Assembly (NCBI RefSeq): GCF_004135205.1
Contig: NZ_CP035490.1
Location: 3,925,644-3,949,643 of the forward strand
Origin: Hahella sp. KA22
GTDB taxonomy: Bacteria > Pseudomonadota > Gammaproteobacteria > Pseudomonadales > Oleiphilaceae
Length of the DNA stretch: 24,000 nt
Reading direction: 5' to 3'
The notes under the pieces were generated by a model. It was not told where the DNA came from, ran no database searches, and worked only from the letters and a program-made list of their open reading frames with translations. The first letter of the stretch is position 1, and each line of letters begins with the position of its first letter. This document shows positions 15,608 to 22,403 of the stretch, in pieces. The translations under genes and the position numbers were made by a program.

Positions 15608-16337
15608 AATTCAACGCCGCCTTCAGCACTTTGTGTTCATCTTCGCTGACGCCGAGTTTCCAGTAGCTGGAGATGTACAGGTCGCTTTTTTCCAGTCCTT
15701 CCTGGGCGCGGAAGTGGTCCCGCAACTGGCGCATGCTGTTTAGTTCGCAGGCGCACCAGACGGAAGGACGTCCTTGCAGCCAGGGCAGGTCGCGGACTTT
15801 GTTCAGCAGCAGGTTGCTGTCGACGCCGGGATGGGGATTAATCAGCCAGTGCACGTCGAGGTTGGCGGGGGTCTTGAGGGGCTGGATATCCGCCTCGCTG
15901 ATCACCTCAATCACTGCATAGCCCCTCGCATTGGAGGGAAGCTGTTCCAGGTTGACGCTGATGGCGGGCAGGGCGGTCATGTCGCCGATCACCAGAAACC
16001 AGTCCGCTTCCACATCCACCAGTTTTTTCGGACCAGGGCCGCCGATCAGGATCTGCGAGCCGATTTCCGCCTGAATCGCCCAAGTGGAGGCGGGGCCGCC
16101 GTCTTCGTGAATGACGAAATCTATGTCGATCTCATCTTCTCTTTGCGCGCGCACGGTGTAAGTGCGCATCAGCGGGCGCTGTTCGCCGTCGCGGGGAAAC
16201 ATCAGTTTGACGTAGGCGCTTTCCTGGTCGGCAGGAAAGCTGTGGATGCCGTCGCCGCCCAGGGTGACGCGCAGCATGTTGGGAGTAATTGATTGTCTGC
16301 GAACCAGGGTCAGTTCGCGTGGCGCAGGTCTGCTCAT
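15606..16337 (-). CDS. Siderophore-interacting protein / ferric-reductase-like flavoprotein (ViuB/YqjH SIP family)
   Basis: 243 aa. The N-terminal FAD-binding beta-barrel carries the RTYTVR motif (RxYT). The C-terminal half is a SIP/NAD(P)-binding-like domain. SD GAGGA is present. It lies 59 nt downstream of a MarR gene, a typical pairing. Confidence 0.88.
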   Translation of the reverse strand: MSRPAPRELTLVRRQSITPNMLRVTLGGDGIHSFPADQESAYVKLMFPRDGEQRPLMRTYTVRAQREDEIDIDFVIHEDGGPASTWAIQAEIGSQILIGGPGPKKLVDVEADWFLVIGDMTALPAISVNLEQLPSNARGYAVIEVISEADIQPLKTPANLDVHWLINPHPGVDSNLLLNKVRDLPWLQGRPSVWCACELNSMRQLRDHFRAQEGLEKSDLYISSYWKLGVSEDEHKVLKAALN

Positions 16338-16396
16338 TATATCCTCACAAAATCAATAAAACGGATAGCGCTCCCGTAGCTCAAGAGCGGTTGTAT

Positions 16397-16849
16397 TCAG
16401 TGTTTGAGGTTTTCCGCCATCGCATTCGCGAGTTTGACGAACTCCCTGATCTCATCAGCATTGAGGCCTTGCGCCATGCGGGTTCCCGCCAGCGCTTCCA
16501 CCTCTTTTATTGTCTTGTACGCATCGACGCCTTTCTGAGTTAATAGCAGTAGCTGGCTGCGACGGTCTTCAGGGTTGTCCCGTTTTTCGATCAGCCCTTC
16601 CTCAAGCAGATCTTTCACGACGCGCGTAATCTGGGCCTTGTCCCGCTGCAGGCGCTCTGCAATCACCTGGGCGGTACAGATAGTGTTCTTTTCACGGGCG
16701 TGGTTGATCACTTTCAACGAGCGTATGTGGGAGACCGCCAGGGTCAGATTGACCTCCTGATAGGCCTGACGCATCGCGCGTTTATAGGCATGGAGCAGGC
16801 GGTGCAGGGACTCGCCGACGCTGGTTTCCGGGACATGGGTTTCGGACAT
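16397..16849 (-). CDS. MarR family transcriptional regulator
   Basis: 150 aa with a winged-HTH core (..TAQVIAERLQRDKAQITRVVKDLLEEGLIEKRDNPEDRRSQLLLLTQKG..), typical MarR length and DxR wing motif. Confidence 0.9.
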   Translation of the reverse strand: MSETHVPETSVGESLHRLLHAYKRAMRQAYQEVNLTLAVSHIRSLKVINHAREKNTICTAQVIAERLQRDKAQITRVVKDLLEEGLIEKRDNPEDRRSQLLLLTQKGVDAYKTIKEVEALAGTRMAQGLNADEIREFVKLANAMAENLKH

Positions 16850-16860
16850 GATTCACAGAT

Positions 16861-16915
16861 TTAGTTAGTTGACTGTGTCAACCATAATGGCATTGGTTGA
16901 TACTGTCAACTAATA
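16861..16915. promoter_or_regulatory. Twin palindromic operator candidates upstream of marR
   Basis: GTTGAC-TGT-GTCAAC (16868..16882) and GTTGAT-ACT-GTCAAC (16896..16910), embedded in the larger inverted repeat TTAGTTAGTTGAC...GTCAACTAATAA. They begin 12 nt upstream of the MarR start codon. Confidence 0.55.
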
Positions 16916-16951
16916 AGTGTTCGATTTATGGATGAGTTGGCAGCTGATGAG

Positions 16952-18835
16952 TTAGGAGATGTGCTTCAATAACAATTCCGTCAAATCCGCATGGGGCATG
17001 GGCCGATAGAAATAGAACCCCTGCACCAGCGCACAGTTGTCCGTTTTCCCTCTGACGAACTCCAGCGTCTCCGCGTCCTCAATCCCTTCCGCCACCAGCG
17101 CCAGATTCAGGTTTTTGCCGATATCGATAATGGTTTGCGCAATGGCGGACTTCTTCGCATCCTGAAGGACGCCGATTAAGAATGATCGGTCAATCTTAAG
17201 GTAGGAGAAGGGAAGTTCCTGCAAATAGCTGAGGGAGGAGTAGCCCGTGCCAAAGTCGTCCAGGGCGAATTTGATTCCCTGACTTTCCAGTTGCAGCATA
17301 GCGTTTCTCACCAAGTCTTTATTCGCCATGAACAGTGACTCCGTGACCTCCAGAATCAGCCTGGAGGGCGACACATTAAAGCGCTCAAGTTCGCCGATAA
17401 TGTCGCCGACCAAAGCGCCATCATTAAAGTCGGCGATAGAAAGGTTGACGGAGATGGTCGTCTCCGTGATGCCGAGGCGCTCCCAGTTCGCCAGAATCTT
17501 GCAGGCTTCATGCACCACCAGCCGGCCAATGTCCCGTATCATGCCGGTATTCTCTGCGATAGGGATGAAAACGCCGGGAGGGATGATGCTTCCATCCGGC
17601 TTTACCCAGCGAATCAGTCCTTCTGACCCTTTAATTGCGCCGGATTTAAGATCTACTTTGGGCTGTAGATAGAGCGTTAGTTCAAGATTCTCGATCGCCT
17701 TGCGCAACTGGCTTTCTACCGTTTGCCTGCGCATTTCCTCCTCAGCGATGCTGAAGCTGAAGAACTGTATGGCGACGTCATGGTTAAAGCCATGGTATTT
17801 GGCCAGATCTGCGCGCCGGACCAGATCGCCCACGGCTTCGCCATCTTCCGGGTAAATGCTCACGCCAATGTGGCAAGAGATAAAGTAAAGGTGATTGCTG
17901 AACTCTATCGGTTGGCTAATGTCTCTCTCAATATTTTTGCAGACGGACATAACCCAGTCGTTACTGGGGATATCCCGCAGGATAGCGATTAAATCATCGC
18001 CGCCGAAACGAGCGATGATGTCCTTATCCCGCAAGCGCAGCATGATGCGGTGCACGGAGTCGATCAGTATGGCGTCGCCGACTTCAAAGCCTTGAGTGTC
18101 ATTAATTTTCTTGAGGCCGGAAAGGTCGATGAAAAGAACCGCCAGTTTCATCAGGTGGAAATTGTGAAAGCGCAGCTGCTTTTCCAGAAGCTGGTTCAGA
18201 CAGTTGCGATTGGGAAGCCCCGTCAGGCTGTCATGCAATGCTTGAAAACGGATGATGTCATCGGTGATTTTCTGCGAGCTAACATCCTTGAAGCTCCAGA
18301 CGCGGCCCTGCAGTTGGCCGTCCACCACTTTCGGGGATGAGTAAAACTCATAATAGCGCCGACGTTTGAATTCAATGAGTCCATTCACGTTGATAAAAGG
18401 GTCTTTGCGTATGGCCTCAAAGGTCTCTTCAAGTTCCGTGGGGTTCTTGCATATCAGAAGCAGCTGCTCCTCAAATATCATGTCCGCCTGCAACTGGCTG
18501 ATGAAGTTCTTGCCCTGCCGATTCAGGAGGGACAGCTCGCCGTTACAGTCGAAGGAAATAATGGCTTCTCCCGTGGCGTCCAGAATCGCGGTTAGTTCGG
18601 CCTCGGAGCGGCTTATCTGCGCATTTGCCTGGCTCAACTCGTGAACCTGCCGCGAAAGCAGCGCATTTTGCTCGTTTAACTCATTGGATACGACGAACAG
18701 GGAGTGCTCGATGAAGCGTATCTCATCCTCATGCTGGGTATAGGCGTCTGAAACGCTCTCCAAAAAACGCGGGTGCGCTTCCAGCAGATCGGACAAAGCA
18801 CTTCGCTTCAGTTGTCGTAATAACAGCTTGTGCAT
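16952..18835 (-). CDS. PAS-GGDEF-EAL signalling protein (c-di-GMP phosphodiesterase with degenerate cyclase domain)
   Basis: 627 aa with an N-terminal coiled-coil and a PAS-like segment (ILDATGEAIISFDCNGELSLLN). The GGDEF domain has GGDDL in place of GGDEF but retains RDKD (RxxD) five residues upstream. The EAL domain keeps its catalytic signatures (EGLIRW, SVNLS, LEVTES, DDFGTGYSSLSYL, KIDRSF, AEGIED, QGFYF). Confidence 0.92.
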   Translation of the reverse strand: MHKLLLRQLKRSALSDLLEAHPRFLESVSDAYTQHEDEIRFIEHSLFVVSNELNEQNALLSRQVHELSQANAQISRSEAELTAILDATGEAIISFDCNGELSLLNRQGKNFISQLQADMIFEEQLLLICKNPTELEETFEAIRKDPFINVNGLIEFKRRRYYEFYSSPKVVDGQLQGRVWSFKDVSSQKITDDIIRFQALHDSLTGLPNRNCLNQLLEKQLRFHNFHLMKLAVLFIDLSGLKKINDTQGFEVGDAILIDSVHRIMLRLRDKDIIARFGGDDLIAILRDIPSNDWVMSVCKNIERDISQPIEFSNHLYFISCHIGVSIYPEDGEAVGDLVRRADLAKYHGFNHDVAIQFFSFSIAEEEMRRQTVESQLRKAIENLELTLYLQPKVDLKSGAIKGSEGLIRWVKPDGSIIPPGVFIPIAENTGMIRDIGRLVVHEACKILANWERLGITETTISVNLSIADFNDGALVGDIIGELERFNVSPSRLILEVTESLFMANKDLVRNAMLQLESQGIKFALDDFGTGYSSLSYLQELPFSYLKIDRSFLIGVLQDAKKSAIAQTIIDIGKNLNLALVAEGIEDAETLEFVRGKTDNCALVQGFYFYRPMPHADLTELLLKHIS

Positions 18836-19974
18836 TATCCAGCCTCTTCGAACAGCGTCACCGTCATCGTCTGGTTCAGCAAGCCGCAGCGTCCGTCGCT
18901 ACAGATCACTGAGGAAATCTCGCCGTAAGAATAAAATCCCGCCATATGACATCCCTCGGATATCATCTCTTTGACCTCTTCCAATTCTTCCTCCGTTCTG
19001 ACGCCCAACACCATCCGCCGCCCGACGCAGCTGACCAGGATCGCCAGTTGCGAAGGCGCGCCTTCTATGTCGCTGATGGCTTTCTCCGTGGCGTAGCCCG
19101 CGCCCGATATCAGGTTTTCATAGTTGGCGTGCATAATCTGACAACTGGCGCCCTCGGGCACGTTGCCGGCGAACACCATACTTTGGTCTTCTTCATTGAT
19201 GGAGAGAATGGTGCGAACAACCAATTCCGTGGCGGTGGAGTGCTTCAAGCCGATTGGGAAGCGCAGGGCGGACGCCGGCAGCTCATTGGCGTACTCGCCC
19301 AGATAGGTCTTGTAGATTTCCAGGGCGGGTTTGTTATCCAGCTCATACAGTACATTTTTATTCGATCTGGTGACCTTTCTAAAGGGGCCAAACGGCTTCC
19401 AGCCGCCGAAATTGCCCTTGCCGATTCGGAGATTCGCTCCATAGAAACAGATAAGCGCGACCTGTCCGCTGTTGTACTGATCGTTCAACCAGACCTTGGT
19501 TTCCTTGAATTCCGTACCGTCTCCCGCCAGACCGCCCGTCATGTAGATAGTGTCCGGCAACTTCTTACATATGGCGCGAATCAGGTCGGAACCGTTAACG
19601 ACATGCCCATCCGATATGACAAAAATGTGTACGAGCCCTTCGGCGTTCAATTGTTCCGCTAAATGCGCGCCCAAAGCGCCGCTGTCTCCAAAGTCATGGA
19701 AGTCGGCGGACAGGGCCTCTATCCGAGAGGAAGCAAAGGTCGCTGCGGTCAGGCAGATACAGCTGTCGAATAGCTTGGCTCCTTCAATCGCCCCGCTGGT
19801 GGTGCAGCCAGTAATCTGCGCCTGAGGGAAAGCCCGTCGGACCTGCTCGCGGATGTCGGGATCGTCCATGATGTCCTTGGAGCCAAAAGCGATGACCCAT
19901 TGCGCGCTGCTGGCTGAGGGCAGGGGCTGGCTCCAGGCGCCATTCTGGTATGTCGACTGATAAATCTCCGCCAT
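18835..19974 (-). CDS. FIST-domain sensory protein (FIST_N + FIST_C)
   Basis: ATG at 19974 is preceded by SD GGGAGG; the track's 20004 start is an extension. FIST-type motifs are TGCTTSGAIEG and the C-terminal AGFYSYGEIS. Its stop overlaps the start of the GGDEF-EAL gene (TAATG). Confidence 0.88.
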   Translation of the reverse strand: MAEIYQSTYQNGAWSQPLPSASSAQWVIAFGSKDIMDDPDIREQVRRAFPQAQITGCTTSGAIEGAKLFDSCICLTAATFASSRIEALSADFHDFGDSGALGAHLAEQLNAEGLVHIFVISDGHVVNGSDLIRAICKKLPDTIYMTGGLAGDGTEFKETKVWLNDQYNSGQVALICFYGANLRIGKGNFGGWKPFGPFRKVTRSNKNVLYELDNKPALEIYKTYLGEYANELPASALRFPIGLKHSTATELVVRTILSINEEDQSMVFAGNVPEGASCQIMHANYENLISGAGYATEKAISDIEGAPSQLAILVSCVGRRMVLGVRTEEELEEVKEMISEGCHMAGFYSYGEISSVICSDGRCGLLNQTMTVTLFEEAG

Positions 19975-20196
19975 CGCAACCTCCCTTTTTGCCCGTCTTT
20001 TCAATATCCTCCCTCAAAGAATAGACCGAGATCCGCGATACGCATTGCTAACAGGCGGAATTAGCGTGTTTAAGGCGGTCGCTATCGCGGAGCCAAAAAA
20101 GGAAACGACAGGGCTGACGTTAGGTCTGCGGTTTTATGGCTATACTTCACTGCAAAGCGGCGCGAAGATTTGAAGCCCTGAGCGAGGCATGAAGTA

Positions 20197-20988
20197 ATGG
20201 TGTGGCTGCGCAGAATGTTCTTTTCCTGCATCCTGATTAGCATCATGGCGACCCTGCATGCCCGCGCCGAAGACAAAGTATGGCTGTCCATCGGCGAATT
20301 CCCGCCATTCTTCTCCTCGACGCTGAGCCACTATGGCGTGTTCCCTCATATTGTCGAAGAAGCTTTCGCTGCCGAGCACATCAAGGTCGAGTATGTTTTT
20401 CTGCCCTGGAACCGAGCGTTGCGCATGGCCGCCGAAGGAGATTACGACGGCACGCCGGGCTGGGTCTACTCAAAGGAGCGGGCTCAGCAGTTCTCTTACA
20501 GCGATCCTGTCCTTATCGAAACCAAAGTGTTCTTCCATCTGAAAAGCCTGAACTTTGACTGGAGCAGCATTGAAGACCTCAAACCCTACAAAATTGGACT
20601 GACGCTGGGTTATTTCTATGGTCCGACCCTCGCCAGGGCGGAGGTGCGCGATGGTTTTGTATTTGAGCGAGTGTCCACGGACCTATTGAATATGAGGAAG
20701 CTGGCGGCGGGAAGAATTCAGTTGTTTGCGGTCAATCGCGAGGTCGGGCTGCAGATCGCCCGCAGCGAAATTTCCGCCCAGGACGCGGCCAATATCACCT
20801 ATCACCCCAAGCCGATCTCCGTGGATGCCCAGCACCTGCTGATTTCCAGAAACATCGATCCTGTCCGCGCCCGGTTTCTGCTGGATTCATTCAACCGGGG
20901 ACTGCGAAAACTGAGGGACAGCGGTCGCTACGAGACGCTATGGAAAGAGGATATTGGCGTCCCGTTCACTCCGCCTCCAAATCCATGA
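20197..20988 (+). CDS. Periplasmic solute-binding protein, family 3-like (orphan; no cognate permease or ATPase in the window)
   Basis: Signal peptide MVWLRRMFFSCILISIMATLHARA and the family-3 SBP-like N-terminal motif (WLSIGEFPPFFS). It is a paralog of the convergent gene at 21171..21983. Confidence 0.8.
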   Translation: MVWLRRMFFSCILISIMATLHARAEDKVWLSIGEFPPFFSSTLSHYGVFPHIVEEAFAAEHIKVEYVFLPWNRALRMAAEGDYDGTPGWVYSKERAQQFSYSDPVLIETKVFFHLKSLNFDWSSIEDLKPYKIGLTLGYFYGPTLARAEVRDGFVFERVSTDLLNMRKLAAGRIQLFAVNREVGLQIARSEISAQDAANITYHPKPISVDAQHLLISRNIDPVRARFLLDSFNRGLRKLRDSGRYETLWKEDIGVPFTPPPNP

Positions 20989-21065
20989 GACGGGTCTTCA
21001 GCCTCTCAGTCAGTTGTTATGCCTGAGCTAAACTCGATAGAACGCCCAGCGCACAGGAGGCTCTG

Positions 21066-21140
21066 ATGAAACACCTGCTGATGACCGTCGCTGGCGGCAT
21101 CATCTGGAAGGCATCGTGGAAGGCCATTACCGCAGATTAG
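21066..21140 (+). CDS. Candidate small ORF (24 aa, hydrophobic) with consensus SD
   Basis: AGGAGG, 5 nt, ATG. It encodes MKHLLMTVAGGIIWKASWKAITAD*. It is too short for the ORF track and lies between convergent SBP genes. No homology evidence is available. Confidence 0.3.
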   Translation: MKHLLMTVAGGIIWKASWKAITAD

Positions 21141-21170
21141 CGGATTGAGGGTAAGTATTGAGGTAGGAGG

Positions 21171-21983
21171 TCAGTGCGCCGAGACGCTGGCGGGACTGAG
21201 GCTGGGATCTATTTGCAGATTGCTCAGTCTGCCGGAGTCAATCAGCTGTTGCATGCCTTTATCAAACTGCGCTTTCAACCAGGCATGCCGTGGCGATTTC
21301 TTCGAAAATATCAGATACAGTTTTGCGGTATACAATTGCTCCGGCAGATACCTGATTTGCTGACGCTCCCCCGCGTCAAAGTGCTTTCTTAAGACTTCCA
21401 GCCCCACTACCAGATCACTGGGAAACAGGTCTATATGACCTTTGATCAGTTGCCTGAAGTTGGTGGCTTCCGAGTCGCTGCGGCGCACCGTAAACAATCC
21501 CGTCCGCTCCGCTTCATCCAGCTTGCTCCCGTAGTTGTAGCCCAGTATGGCGCCGACACGCAGTTTTTGAGCGTCTTCCGGCGGAGACCAGATTTCCTCC
21601 CATGACAAGGTACGATGCTTCGAGTAGAAGAACACGGTGCGTTCAATGATGATCGGCATCTCGCTGAATACAAAATCCTGCTCCCGCTCAGAGGTCTTTT
21701 CCCAGGCAATAGTGGCGTCCAGGTCTCCTTGCTGACACAGAAAGAAGCTGCGATTCCAGGGGTGGAAATCGTACGTCACATCAATATTCACCAGCGCAAA
21801 CGCCTCGGAAACAATTTGCGAGGTGGGACCAAAATTGGGCGCATCTTCGGAAATATAAGGCGGCCATTCGCCGCTGCCGATATGAATCACCTCCTGCGCG
21901 AACAATGAAACGCTCCATAGCAACCCCAGACACAGGAAAAGTCGAACCGGAAACATCTGTAAACGCCAGCGGCGCGTCATCAT
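21171..21983 (-). CDS. Periplasmic solute-binding protein, family 3-like (paralog of 20197..20988)
   Basis: Start chosen at ATG 21983 (SD AGGTGA 8 nt upstream), giving the signal peptide MMTRRWRLQMFPVRLFLCLGLLWSVSLFA. Motif IHIGSGEWPPYIS. Colinear similarity to the other SBP (e.g. HPWNRSF vs LPWNRAL, LGYNYG vs LGYFYG). Confidence 0.8.
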   Translation of the reverse strand: MMTRRWRLQMFPVRLFLCLGLLWSVSLFAQEVIHIGSGEWPPYISEDAPNFGPTSQIVSEAFALVNIDVTYDFHPWNRSFFLCQQGDLDATIAWEKTSEREQDFVFSEMPIIIERTVFFYSKHRTLSWEEIWSPPEDAQKLRVGAILGYNYGSKLDEAERTGLFTVRRSDSEATNFRQLIKGHIDLFPSDLVVGLEVLRKHFDAGERQQIRYLPEQLYTAKLYLIFSKKSPRHAWLKAQFDKGMQQLIDSGRLSNLQIDPSLSPASVSAH

Positions 21984-22104
21984 CACGGTCATCACCTAAA
22001 GTCATCATGCATAGCTTCTAAAAGCGTAGCAGATTGGCCAGTTTGGCGACGCCAAGCCTGAGGTTGTTACTTTTTTTGACAGATTGCGTTTAACTATTAA
22101 TCAG

Positions 22105-22206
22105 GCAGTCAAATAGCTTCCTTCTATTTGACTGCAACGACAGGGCCTGCACAGGTCAGGCCCTGTCTCCCGCGGCTAGCCGCCGCGCAGGCGCATCCAT
22201 GCGCCT
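22105..22206. other. Cluster of four consecutive perfect stem-loops/palindromes
   Basis: GCAGTCAAATAG-cttcctt-CTATTTGACTGC (22105..22135). ACAGGGCCTG-cacaggt-CAGGCCCTGT (22140..22166). GCGGCTAGCCGC (22172..22183). AGGCGCAT-cc-ATGCGCCT (22189..22206). None is followed by a T-run on either strand. Confidence 0.6.
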
Positions 22207-22307
22207 AGTTATTAACATGCCAATATCATTGCCATATTAATAATAATTAGAGTGCAAAGTCTCTGAGCGATGCGTTGGATGGCGCTTTGCTTATCCAACC
22301 TACATTT
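22187..22307. repeat. Composite REP/BIME-like element, copy 4 (variant left hairpin)
   Basis: The right arm GTTGGATGGCGCTTTGCTTATCCAACCTACATTT (22274..22307) is near-identical to 6691..6724. It is preceded by a ~65-nt AT-rich linker and a palindromic left arm (AGGCGCATCCATGCGCCT). Confidence 0.65.
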
Positions 22308-22403
22308 CCAACCTGCATTTATCTGGCCCGCATTTATCGGTTATGCATTCTTTTGGTTCAGATTATTCCAATGCTCAATTATCTTTCTGTTCACTGCATC
22401 GGG

